Shown here one piece after another: positions 43,612-56,429 of a stretch of 64,000 nucleotides of DNA (positions within the stretch are counted from its first letter, which is position 1; each line of letters opens with the position of its first letter). The position numbers and the translations under genes are program-made. Origin of the DNA: the human T2T-CHM13v2.0 reference genome, Homo sapiens. A model generated the notes under the pieces. That model was not told where the DNA came from. It worked only from the letters and a program-made list of their open reading frames with translations, and made no database searches. The stretch lies in assembly GCF_009914755.1 (NCBI RefSeq), contig NC_060928.1; one strand, written 5' to 3'.

Positions 43612-44802
43612 ATGGAGGCTGAAAGGCTGCGACTCCTCGAGGAAGAGGCCAAGCTGAAAAAGGTAGCCAGAATGGGATTTAATGCATCTTCCATGCTCCG
43701 AAAAAGCCAGCTAGGTTTCCTCAACGTCACCAGTTACTCCCGTTTAGCCAACGAGCTGCGTGTGAGCTGCATGGAGCGGAAAAAGGTCCAAATTCGGAGC
43801 TTGGATCCCTCCTCTTTGGCGAGCGACCGATTTAACTTCATTCTGGCGAGTACCAACAGCGACCAGCTCTTCGTAGTGAACCAGGTCGAAGTCGAAGGCT
43901 CCAAGTACGGCATCATCAGTCTGCGAACTCTGAAGATCCCTTCGTTCCACGTGTACGTGCTCAGAAACCTCTACGTCCCCAACCGGAAGGTGAAGTCCCT
44001 GTGCTGGGCCTCGCTGAACCAGTTGGACTCTCACGTTCTGCTGTGCTTCGAGGGAATCACAGATGCTCCAAGCTGTGCAGTGCTGCTCCCAGCGTCGCGG
44101 TTCTTAAGTGTTCACACAAGAGTTAACCAGCCTGGCATGCTCTGCAGTTTCCAGATCCCAGAGGCCTGGTCCTGTGCGTGGTCCCTCAACACCCGGGCAT
44201 ATCACTGCTTTAGTGCAGGCTTGTCTCAGCAGGTCCTGTTGACCAGCGTGGCGACGGGACACCAGCAGTCATTTGATACCAGCAGTGATGTCTTGGCCCA
44301 GCAGTTTGCTAGTACGGCTCCTTTGCTGTTTAATGGCTGTCGCTCCGGGGAGATCTTTGCCATTGATCTGCGTTGTAGAAATCGAGGCAAGGGGTGGAGG
44401 GCCACTCGCCTGTTCCATGACTCAGCAGTGACCTCTGTGCAAATCCTCCAAGAAGAGCAATGCCTGATGGCATCAGACATGACTGGAAAGATCAAGCTGT
44501 GGGATCTGAGGGCCACTAAATGTGTAAGGCAGTACGAAGGTCACGTGAATGAGTCCGCCTATCTGCCCCTGCATGTGCACGAGGAAGAGGGAATCGTGGT
44601 GGCAGTGGGCCAGGACTGCTACACGAGAATCTGGAGCCTCCATGATGCCCACCTGCTCAGAACCATCCCTTCCCCGTACTCTGCCTCCGAGGACGACATT
44701 CCCAGCGTGGCCTTCGCTTCTCGGCTCGGGGGCATCCGGGGAGCAGCACCAGGGCTGCTCATGGCTGTCCGGCAGGACCTTTATTGTTTCCCCTTCAGCT
44801 AA
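43612..44802 (+). CDS. DCAF4L1: DDB1- and CUL4-associated factor 4-like 1; intronless WD40 retrogene, 396 aa
   Basis: Single uninterrupted ORF; good Kozak gaaATGG; H-box [13 protein letters not shown]; WDxR motif IKLWDLR; CpG-rich; position between TMEM33 and SLC30A9. Confidence 0.96.
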
Positions 44803-46260
44803 TTCTGCAGGTGGCAGCGCGGCCGAATGTGGATTTGACTTAAGGAAGTTAAGAGTATCTTATTACCGTTTCTGTGAGAGCATTTTAAGAGACGTGTTGT
44901 ATGTAGATCGCATCCATCCGGCTGCCAGGGGTAAGGTGTTAAGAGTTTTATGTGGAGACGTTCTTGTAAAGTTATTTCAGTTAAACTGTGGACTTAACTT
45001 GAAAGTCCTTTTCATAAAAGGTACCTGTTTCCTCTTGTTGAATGCCTTAGAACAGTTAACCACCTCCCCAACCCTTTTTTTTTTTTAAATAATTAAGACT
45101 TTTCTAAGGACTGAAGATTGGCAAAAACTAAAATAAATTAAAGCAGCTTCTTTCACTAGTAGCCCTTTAGAGAAGCATAATGATGGTACTGGTAAGACTG
45201 TTTGACTAATCATACAGGGTCCCAGGCATCTGCGCTTGAGGAAGCCAGTGGGAGTGGAGACAAGGGAGAGGTAATTTCTCGGAGTCTCTACAGAAATATT
45301 TAAGGCTGGAGTTTGGAATCATTAAATTTGGCCTTCTCAAACTCAATAGCAGATCTCTTAAGGTTCTCCTTTTATTGTTATCATCCATAGGCATTGGAAG
45401 GAAAGATGGATCTTTTTAAATACTAGAAGTTTTAAACAGTCCTTGATGTGCTTTTGTTGAGGTACCTTTCAGAATGTAAGGTACAGCAGCTTCGGTTTCT
45501 ATTATGGTGACTTGAAGTTCAGATTCAAGGAATTGGCTTTGACTTTTTGTAATCTAGGAGCAGCAGTTTGTGAGAGATTTATTAAAAATGTTAAAGAGCC
45601 TGTTTTTCTACTAAGCAAGGAAGAAAAAAAACGTGTAATAAGGTTAGTTGCTACTTCTTAATAGCCAAAACCTGGAAATGATCTGAATTTCGAAAATGCT
45701 AAAATTCGTGATATAATCATACAATCGGATACTGCATAATAATAGAAAATAAGGCACACTTGCTATGTGAAACAGTATGGACCAATCTCAACATGTTGAC
45801 TGAAATTAGGTAGAAATGAGTACAAACTGTATGATTCAATTCTAAAGTTCAAAAGCAGTAAAAACTTGTCTATGGTGATTAAAGGTAGAGTAGTACGTAC
45901 CTCTGTAGAAAGAAAGGATTTTTTTTTCTTTTTCTTTTTAGGATGTTTGAGAAGTGACATGGGGAAGCTTTAGGAATGCTGAGTTTTCTTTATCTTGACA
46001 CTTGATACATACGTAATTCATATATCTATATGCTTCACGTTTTTATAGTTTACTGTATATATGTTATTCCTCAAAAAATAAAAATAAGCAATTAGGACAC
46101 TATTGTAGTTAGGCAAGGGACAATGATGCCTTGGACCTGCATGTGTGAGAAGTAGAAATGATCAGAAATGATTGCATTGGAAGATCATTCGAAGGTAGTA
46201 TTATTGATAAGGCTTGCTGATGAGAGTAAACTAGAAAGTGAAAGAAAAAAGGATGGCAGC

Positions 46261-46350
46261 TTTTTTTTTTTTTTTTTTTTTGAGACGGAGTCTCCTTCTG
46301 TCGCCCAGGCTGGAGTGCAGTGGCGCGATCTCGGCTCACTGCAAGCTCTG
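46261..46350 (-). mobile_element. 5'-truncated AluY
   Basis: Only the last ~70 nt plus polyT; TSD aggatggcagc. Confidence 0.85.
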
Positions 46351-46979
46351 AGGATGGCAGCTTTTTTGTTAACTTTAGAACTGGTAGATGATGGTGTCGT
46401 TTACTAACCTGGGGAGGATGAGGAGAAAAAACTTTAGGTGAAGGGAATGATGCTGAGTTTTAGACATCTACTAAACCTCCAATTGGAGATACAAAGTATT
46501 CTGCAGATCAGGGGTCATGTCATGGCTGGTAATACAAATTTGGTGACTTCAATACATAGAATTAAAATAGATGGGATAGATGTGCTTTATATGACATAGA
46601 TGAGGTTAATGTAATTACATATTGATAGAAGATGAGTAGATCAATAGAGAAGATATGGGAGTGTGGTTAGGCACAGATTTTTGGAATCCTTTCAGTCAGT
46701 TTTTTATACTAACTTGATATGTGACATGAGAAATTGTGTAAGCTTTACTTGCTGTTGTTTCTTCAGTGTAAAATGTCTTAGATAATAAAACTAAATGATA
46801 AAGTAGATACAGGGTTAAAGGATATGTATCTTGTCCCTTTTACATTGTAAGCATTCAAAATAAAACAAAACAATTAATGAAGAAAAGACATTGCAATCAT
46901 TCAGTAAGAACTAGCTGCAGACATATATATGTATATATATATATGTCTGATACTGATATGTCATTTATTTGGCAATTGA

Positions 46980-48290
46980 CAAAAAATGACTACATAACTT
47001 GATAAACTGTTTATCCTCATTTGCAAAGAAAACAAATGCAAAAAAAAAATCAGTAAGAAAAACACACCTAAAAGAAAGGGAGGCAATAGTCTTGAATAGG
47101 AGAAAAAGAGGAGATCCAAATGGCTAATATACATTTGAAAAGGCATCCAACTTCTTTTATTGTCAAGGAAATGCAAATTAAAACCACAATGCCACACCAC
47201 TTTCACTATAATGGTTAAAATAAAATAGATCAGGTGGAGTGACGTTGGGAATTAAAAGAGAAGCAAATGTTGGTGCAGTTGTGAGCAAATAGAACTTTCA
47301 TATACTGTTGAGTGTATACTGGTACAAGCACTTGGAAAAGTTAGTAATTGCTAAAGCTAGAAGTTTGCATACTCTATGACCCAGTCATTTCAGTCCTAGG
47401 AATATATTAATCAGAAATGCATACCTGTGTCCACCATAATTTGTTAATAGCTCCAACTGGAAACTACCCAAATGTTCATTAATAGTAGAGTGGATAAATT
47501 GTGGGATATTAACACAATGGAATCCTTTTTGCAGTGAGAATGAGCATAGCACTATGGACAAATCCTGCAAACATAATGTTGAAATAAAGATGCCAAACAC
47601 AAAAGAGCACATATTGTACAACTAATGCACATAAAGTCCCTAAACAGGCAAAATGAATCTATGTTCTTAGAAGCAGGATTAATGGTATACTTGTAGGACA
47701 GAAGAGTAGTGACCAGAAGAAGATTCTAGGAAGCTAGCAATGCTGGTGTCATGCCAGACCCCTAGTGACTCCAATAGTAATGGCACTGTGTCCGAGAGTC
47801 CAAAGAAGATGCGTAGACAGCGAACAAGACTTGGGTTTATTGGGGGAACTTATATATAGGGATGGTCCAGTGGTAGTAGGCTGGACAGAAGAACCACTAC
47901 TGTTTGTAAAAAGCATGCAGTTTATATAGCATTTTCATTTAGCACACTCCACCTAGCAACCTCCATTTAACCCAAAGCAAAGGACCTTGATCCCCTATAT
48001 TGCCTGTGTTGTAAGGGATGGGCTGGGGGTTCAGACGTCCTTCATAGATAAGGAGTGAAACTCAGGGTTAGTCGCTCCTGTTTCCTTAGTTTGGGATTCT
48101 GAGCACACATTCGTTTTAGATCACAGGGTCGTTCTCAGGATATGGTTGTTACTGCTGTCAGGTGCATCCTCTCTATAGCGGGGTACTGGCTACAGTTTTT
48201 GTTCACTAGTGATAATTGTTAGAGCTATGCCCTTAATATATGTCTTGTGTGTATTATACTTCAATAAAAAGTTAAATTTTAAAAAACCTA
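46980..48290 (+). mobile_element. Old L1M 3' region interrupted by an LTR
   Basis: ggaaatgcaaattaaaaccacaatg; ggataaattgtggg; ...atacttcaataaaaag. Confidence 0.75.
47746..48178 (-). mobile_element. Probable solo ERV LTR, family uncertain
   Basis: ~430-bp insert starting TGT; reverse-strand AATAAA (tttatt 47837) and TATA (tttatatag 47921) in LTR order. Confidence 0.55.
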
Positions 48291-49139
48291 GTAAGACTTT
48301 CTCTTGCTGCCCCCACCTGTGGCTTTGGGGAAGGAATTGACTCTTCACAAATGCTGCCCTCTCTAAAAATATTACACCTCCATGCTCTGTCTCAGCTTAA
48401 TTCTTCTCAAGGATAAAGGTTATCAAACAGTCAGTCTCTTGCCTCCAGGAGTATTTAATAACTCAATTATTCCAGCTGTAATATGAATCTTGTTCACTAC
48501 CCTCTAAGGAAAAGGTGTCTGTGTATGTGTAATTTTTTCTCCACCATACCAGGTAAATTGCAGAGAAGGAGCTTTTATTGGAGAAGCTAAGAAGTGTTGA
48601 ATAAGAGAGCTATGATCCAGGAATACAGTTATCATTGGAGAAATCATTCTCCTTTTCTTGGATGGAAGTGGCAAAGAGTGAACGTAAGTTTAATGGTAGT
48701 GGACTACTAAATGGCTATTTGACAAGATAATTGTGACAAAAAAAATCCCACAAGTAATTTCATAGGATAATGTCAGAGGGAAAACCTGTAAGAACAAGCC
48801 ACTCCTTCCTTCTCTCCTCCTCTACAATGCTCACTCAACCATGTAAACTGATTTGGAGTTAGAGGACCTGAGTCTGATTCCATCTTCTGTGACATTCTTG
48901 CTAAGTGAACTGTAGAAAAAACCTTTCACCTCTCTGAAAAATGGAGACGAGGATTAGCAACCTGGTCAGACCTGGTCAGAAACCACATCAAGTGCATGTT
49001 TCATTTCTTTTGCATGTTTGCCTTTACAGGCCAAATGTGTCTGTGCAGACCCTTATTGCTTCTGACCATTGTTGTACAGGAGAGGGGGTGTGACCAGGTA
49101 ATTCTTTTTACCCATGTATAAGCCAGTTTTGTTTTCTGT

Positions 49140-49492
49140 TTGTTTTTTTTGGTACAGATGGGATCTTATCGTGTTGCCCAGGCTGGTCTTGAACTTCTGG
49201 CCTCTTGCCTTAACCTCCCAAAGTGCTGGCATTACAGGCATGAGCCACTAGCACCTGGCTATAAGCCATTTTCTTTCTTGCTTCTTTTTTTTTCAAGACA
49301 GAGTCTCACTTTGTTGCCCAGGTTGTAGTGCAGTGGTATAATCTCGTTTCGCTGCAACCCCCACTTTCTGGGTTCAAGTGATTCTTATTCCTCAGCCTCC
49401 CGAGTAGCTGGGATTACAGGTGTGCACCACCACTCTCAGTTAATTTTTGTATTTTTAGTAGAGAACAAGTTTTGCCATGTTGGCCAGGCTGG
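49140..49492 (-). mobile_element. Alu monomer plus partial Alu
   Basis: Two adjacent reverse Alu fragments. Confidence 0.8.
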
Positions 49493-52019
49493 GCCATTTT
49501 CTTATTGAAGTGTTCAGGTGGGCAAGCTCCCTCCTCCCCCACTCCTAGAGGCAAAGAAAAAAAAAATCGCCAAAACGTGATGACAACAAGTATGTCTGTG
49601 TTCAAAATTAAATTTGTGTTCTTGGTAAGCCTCATGATAGAGCCACTTACTTTATTTTGTAATGGATTATCTAAGTCAGTTTTCCAGATAACCAGTCAAG
49701 TTTGTCTCAAGATCAGAGTTATTTTCCCAAAGCTATAGACAGGATGAAACCAAGCAATAGTAGTTAGCTCAATTGCACAAGCAAATTTCTGAAAGATGTT
49801 GGAACTTCTTCAGAGTTAATGGAAAACCTTGCAGGAATTATGGTGTATGGTAATAATCAAATGACACTTCACTCCTTTCCTACTTCTGTTTCTATCTATC
49901 TGACTTAATAGTTCCCTATATTTAGGCATCTATTTATATCATGTATCCTCATGAAACTTGGACAATTTTATACCATGTTGATCACATGAGTAAAAAATAT
50001 CTGGGGAAATTCTCTCTTAACCTACATTCCAGGAAAAAAAAAATAGGAACACCATATTATCATTCAAGTCTTTTGAGAAGACCTCACATTTTCTTTCAAA
50101 GGCAAGTACCCATTGACTTAGAAAGAGTGGTGTTTAAGATCAAGATCTTTGTGCCTTGGTTTCTTCGTCTACCTATAACTTATTTAAGGTATTATGAATG
50201 AGACAGTGTACACAGAGGGCCTGGCAATTAGTAAATGATTAATATTACTACTGCTGCTATTAGTTTTAAATTATCAATATATTTATTTATAAATTTGCTG
50301 CCTCTTCCAATAGAAAATAAGCCCTATGATACTAGAATCTTACCTGTTATGTATAGGTAGGCAACGCTGAATGTGTCTCAAATGGAGCATAAAAACAAAG
50401 TCTCTTGGTAAGGATGGGATTTAGGGTCAAAGGAAATTCCCCTAAGGAACTCTAAAACTGACATTATCTTAAGTTTTAGCACTTGGGGAAGTTTCAAAGA
50501 CTTTCCAAAAGGATAAGTATATCATGATATGTAGGTATAAATACCAAGACAACTGCAGAGTTATTTTAATCCAAGTCTGTTGAGGCTTTATTATGTGATA
50601 CAGCATTGTGAGAGTTAAGGTAACAGAAAATGATACACTTTGTTCTTCAAACTTATTTGGCAAATCAAGGGTACTGGAGGTTTATAACAATTAGTAGTGT
50701 CTAAGTCAAGTTACACCCCAACTATACCAGGAAAAAGAAGGACAGGAAAGCACACACTGTGAAATTTTACTGTGCACCAACATATTTTACACATCAGGTG
50801 GGCTGTTATGGAAATTAAGAACTCTGCACAAAATGTATTTTTTTTAAAAGTTTTATCAAGAAAGGAACATTTTCTTCTAAAAATGATTAGTACAGCTAAA
50901 CAAAATAAAAATAATAATCCTATCGCACAAATTAAAAATAAAACCTGAGAAGTTTTGATCAGGCTTGCCTAAAACGAGTTGAAACCAAAGCCATTTTAAG
51001 AATCCAAAATATGAGATTAGTTTTGTTCAAAAAGAATTATCCATAAAAGTTAATAGATGTTTGCATAGTTACCATAAAATAAGAGGTAAGCCTTTATGTA
51101 TTTTTACTTCATAAAGTTGAATTTCTATTAAAATCTATTACAAGAAAGGGAAAGTAACTTTCCAGTAATATTCAGATTTTTTAGTAATATTGAGCCTACA
51201 TTTATGGGACATCATTTTTTAATGTTTGTCCACTGAATATTTTAAGTTATGTTTGTCATAGGAAATTAAATTTGCTTACCATTCTTAACGATAATCTCTT
51301 TCCTCATTTGGTTATACTTATCTCAATTAGTATAAGAGACTTGTTGATTTTTTTAAAAATTAAGGACATACTAAATTTCCCCGAGATAGTTATTTTGCAG
51401 TAATATAGATAAGCGACTCAGATTAACTTTAAAACAAACCACCATACATTCCATTCAATTTATTTTTGCCAGGCATTGTTTTAGCGGCTTTATACAGCCA
51501 TGTACAAAATAGACAAGATTCCAGCATCATGATGCTTATTTTCTATTCTAGGACACAAAATAGAAAAAAAAAATCTCAAATAGTGATAAGCGTTTTGAAG
51601 AAAAGTATATAGGACAGCCGGGTAGAGAATGACCAGGACTACCATAGCTAGGGTGGTCAAGGAAGGCCTCTCTTGAGTTTGAGTTAAGAGCTGAATGAGC
51701 ATGGCAGAGAGAAACAGTTAACGTGGATACTGTTCAGGTTTCTTTCTCCCTGGGACCAAAATGTTTCGAAGTCTGCATACCTCCGTTTACCCTAACTTGT
51801 CATGAACATAAAACCTCTTATATTGCAGGCAAAAATCTGAGGTTCACAGATTAGTAGGGCAAGTAGCTGATTCCGAAGTGTGTACTTGCCTTTATGATAC
51901 TGGATACACACTGGTGTTAACAAGGAGAACGATGTACGTGGCAGACGTTCGGAGAGTACTGGACATGTTGGTTCTAATTTGGGTTTATCCTGGCAGGCTC
52001 TAGGTAGAGAGGCTCAGAA

Positions 52020-52970
52020 AACCTGCGTCCATCCTTCCCATCTTTCCTCCCATTTCCGAAACCACGGCCCCGGTTTCGAGTCCAGAAAAAAAGGAATAAG
52101 TAGAACTCCCAAAGGACAGCTTTCCTGGCTGAACAAGATGTAAACAGTTTACGTGATGATTTCCAACCAAGCGCAAAAGTACAGGTGCAAAAGAAGACGG
52201 CAGACACCAAACTTCCCCTGCAGCCACGCCCTCCCCACTTTGGGAGTCTGGGTCCCCGGGAAGGAAGGCCTCCCTATTGGTGCTCAACGTGTTACGTCAC
52301 TTCCGCTACCTCCACGGCAGGCGTCGCTAAATGACGTTGCCGTTTCCGGGTCACCCAGGCAGCTTGTGGCGGCGAAGCCATCGGTGTTCGCTGATGTCCA
52401 GTCTATGGAGTCAGTTGGTACCGGTGGCGGCGCGGAGGCAGAAGGCGGTGTCCGAGTAGGGGCCTCTGCCCCACCAGGATGTTACCGGGCTTGGCCGCCG
52501 CCGCGGCCCACAGATGTAGCTGGTCCTCCCTGTGCCGGCTCCGTCTGCGATGCAGGGCGGCGGCCTGTAATCCCAGCGACCGCCAGGGTGAGTGTCCCGC
52601 GCTGGCCGCTGGCTCCGTAGAAGCCGAACTGGAGGGCCAGGCTGGGCTCGGCGCCTCGCCTGGGGCAATTCGCCCACTTGCCTTTCGCCAACCTCAGAAC
52701 CTTCCTTTCTGGCCTCCGCCTTTCCAGTTCAGCCTGCGCAGCCCGCGGGGGTCCTGACAGGTCTCTGACTCTGATGCCTTCTGCAGCCCTAGCATGGCCC
52801 CCGCGGGAACTTGTGGGCACCTCGCGGGCCGGATTGCACCTCTGAAGCCTACCGCTTTGTACCAAACAAAATGTTACGTGCGCATCGCGGTGTCCCGCGG
52901 TTACTCACCTCCGCGGTTGGAAATTGCGGACTCCGCAAAGTTCCAGGGTCTTTGGAGCTTTCCAGCGCAC
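52020..52970 (+). promoter_or_regulatory. SLC30A9: SLC30A9 CpG-island promoter and first exon region
   Basis: High GC/CpG; ATTGG at 52276; TTACGTCACTTCCGC at 52292; TGACGT at 52332; no TATA seen. Confidence 0.88.
52479..52587 (+). CDS. SLC30A9: SLC30A9 (ZnT9) coding exon 1; Arg-rich mitochondrial presequence-like N-terminus
   Basis: MLPGLAAAAAHRCSWSSLCRLRLRCRAAACNPSDRQ; aggATG context; CAGG|gtgagt donor. Confidence 0.95.
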
Positions 52971-53463
52971 CTTCATTTAGCACTTGGTTGAGATTTTCTT
53001 GGCCTTCTTTTTCTTACTCTCCCAACTTATTTTCTTAAATTTTCTAAAAGGAAGGAGGGGTGCTACTCACTACGGATCTTTTGGAAGAAGTACGAAAGTA
53101 TCCGACAATCATTGAATGAACCCAGTTTGGGTCCGAAAAACAAAGAAACTCTTCAGTTCGGCTGAGCAGTCTTTTTGGTGAAAAGGTGGCAGTTGTAGTG
53201 GTAACCCAGAAAAAAAGGTGGTTGAAGAGAATTTTCGTCTCTCTCAACATTCTTTTCTGACTCAAATTTAAATGGTTTGAGAGTTTCCAAAATAACATTG
53301 AACTAATCAGGCTTACCTTCGTTTTTGCCGTAGCTTGACACACATTGCTTGACACTGAGAACTGATAGGATCTCTGAGGGAGAAGACAGAACTAAGTCCA
53401 CCCTTAACCTAATCCCTCCATTCTTGGGATGCAGAGAGTATTTACCGAAACATTCATGTTCGA

Positions 53464-53585
53464 AGCCAGGTGTGGTGGTGCGCTCCTGTAGTCCAGCTAC
53501 TCGGGAGACTGAGGCAGGCAGATCTTTTGAGCCCAATAGTTCTAGGCTAGCCTGGGCAACATAGTGAGCTGTCTGTAAAAACATA
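53464..53585 (+). mobile_element. FLAM / Alu monomer
   Basis: Single Alu arm. Confidence 0.75.
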
Positions 53586-53878
53586 GGTTTGAAAAAACCT
53601 GTAACATGTTCGTGACCTCCTGAAAGAAGTCGGAAGTTGCAGTCATTCGAGATTTTATGTAATATAAGCTATAGTAACTATGCTGTGGATATAAATTAGA
53701 ATATATTCGTATCTTTTATTTGCAATAAATGTAAAGCTGAATCTTAGAATTTCAAACGGATAAATTTTAACAGCACTATTCCCAGGGCTTTTTTGGTAGT
53801 GATAGAAAAGTGTAACTGTTGAGTTTTTCCATATTGGCAATATACTGCCAGGTTCCCTTATGGACAGAATGAATCATC

Positions 53879-54197
53879 GGCTGGGTGCAGTGGCTCATGC
53901 TGCTAATCCTCAGGAAGATTGTAAACCTTAGGACGCTGAGGTGGGTGGATCGCTTCAGCCCAGGAGTTCCAAGACCAGCCCGGGCAACATGGCAAAACTG
54001 CCTCTCTACAAAAAATTAGCCTGGTTTGGTGACGCGCGCCTGTAATCCTAGCCTGTACTCAGGAGGCTGAGGTGGGAGGATCGCTTGAGCCCAGGAAATT
54101 GAGGCTGCAGTGAGCCTTGAGCATGCCAGTGCACTCCAGCCTGGGTGACAGAGTGAGACCTGTCTCAAAAAAAAAAAAAGAAAAGAAAAAGAAAAAT
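53879..54197 (+). mobile_element. AluJ
   Basis: Dimer, TSD aatgaatcat. Confidence 0.88.
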
Positions 54198-54867
54198 GAA
54201 TCATACGTTTATACTGTACTCCAGAATCCCCAAGTAAGTTTCTAACACAATTGTTTCTATTGACCAAGCAATTTTGGCATTTTACACTGAAATTACAGTG
54301 GCTGTTAAATTTAGTCTAAACTGCCCTTTAAGTGTTGGCAAAAAGGAGAAGAAACAGTGTAATTTGTAATCCCTCTTCTGTGTAGCTGTCATTATGTTGA
54401 AAATTATGTATTCTTTGTCTCATCTGTCTGTGAAACACAGATAATTATTACCTATCTTAGTGGTCAAAATGACTTTGCAAAGTTGTTTGGAATGTTTATT
54501 ACTACAAAAAATTAAAATTTTTTTTACACTTAAAAATGCTTAGTAGGTTTTTAAAAATAACTTTGTGAAAATTTAGTTTCAGTAATGAAGCATTTCTTAA
54601 AAGGGCAACCATTATTATGGCAAAATTTAAAAATCATTTAGAAAAAGAGTACTATTTAAATTGGATGCATGTGAGAAGACTATTTGAAGAACTTTTGGAG
54701 AAAGAAAATCTAAAAACAGTTGTTTTTATTTGTCTAGAAGTAAGGTTTAGTTTATGCTTCTAAAATGCCTGTGGCTGGGAAAAGCTTATAAAGCATAAGG
54801 AGAGGAGGAAACCTTGAGGGATTGCTTGAATACTTAAAAATGAGGAATGCCTTTAAAGGCAAAATAG

Positions 54868-55220
54868 AAACTGTCTAAAAGAAATATGAGAGCCCTGTTT
54901 GTAATTTTGAGTTGTCTGATAGCCACATTAAAAAAAGTAAAATTAAAGATGAATTAATTTTAATATATTCTAGAATTAATTTTAATAACGAAATTTATAT
55001 ATTTTAATAATAAAATATATAAAATTTAATACTATTTTATTAAGTATATTCAAAATATTTCAACATGTAATCAATATCAAAATTATTGAAGTATTTTACA
55101 TCATCTTTTTGTACTGTCTTTAAAACCCAGTGAGTATTTTACACTTTCAGCACATCACAGTTCAGACTAACCACGTTTTAAGTGCTCAGTAAACAGTGAC
55201 TACTCAATTAGATAGTGTAG
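54868..55220 (-). mobile_element. MER33
   Basis: Similar to the copy at 32972 (tagccacattaaaaaaagtaaa; tcaacatgtaatcaata). Confidence 0.7.
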
Positions 55221-55700
55221 TTAGAGTTAGTATCTAAGTTATAAAGAATTTTTACAAACCAGTATACATTCCAGTAGGAAAATGGACAAAGGAATTGAAT
55301 ACAAAGTTCATAAAGTTGTTCAAGTGGCCAATAAAAATGCAAAAATGTTCCATACTGAAAAACAGAGACTTTAAAGGGTTTTACTTCTCACTGCCTATTT
55401 CATTTTGGCCGAATTTTTCATAATGATAATACCCCATATTGAGGGTGTGGGAAAACAGGAACTCTCTTAACTACTGATTGAAAACATAAACGGTTTATGC
55501 CCTCTGACCTAACAGTTTTTACTCAAAAGGATTTACTTTAAAGAAATAATCAAAATACATATTAAAATGTTTGCAGAAGTTTATTATAGTAATAAATTGG
55601 TAGTTCATAGTTATGGAGAGTTGGAAACTGAAATATATTATGATACCTTTATTATGGGCTGGTGATGTATACAACCATTTTTTTAAAAAATTATAATTCA

Positions 55701-56042
<342 letters not shown>

Positions 56043-56429
56043 TTATTAGGTAAAAACTGTAGAAAAATACAGTGAAAATATATACTGTGATATTAACAGT
56101 GAGTTTGTCTAAAAATTTTTTTATTTGTGTTTTACAAATGATCTACAGTACACATATACTTCTAAAGAATAAAAATGTTACTTAGTTTCTGTAGTAAGTA
56201 TATCCTTTTTTATAAAAAGTTCTTTGGGTTAGGATAGAGCACATATTTCTTTTTTTCATGTATTTATACCTTGCCTCATTTGGCAAAAATTTGAGAGGGG
56301 AAGACACTTAAGTATACTAGATGAACACTGAAATTAATAAAAGTGTAATTTTTAAATAGAAAATAGAAATCAAACATACTATGTTATTATTGTCTCCAAT
56401 CTGCTAGTATTTATTGTCATAAGAAAAGT

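Noticed and set aside
44549-45088. 179-aa alternative-frame ORF overlapping the DCAF4L1 C-terminus
   Set aside because: Shadow frame of a GC-rich CDS, many upstream ATGs, no recognisable domain
52153-52865. Long ORFs on both strands over the SLC30A9 promoter
   Set aside because: Expected in stop-poor CpG islands; only the part from ATG 52405 is kept as a uORF
52901-53319. Two strong minus-strand donor motifs (AGGTGAGT at ~52903, AGGTAAGC at ~53312)
   Set aside because: No antisense exon or promoter can be supported from sequence alone
53479-53485. MRE-like TGCGCTC near SLC30A9
   Set aside because: Single match inside an Alu monomer; likely chance
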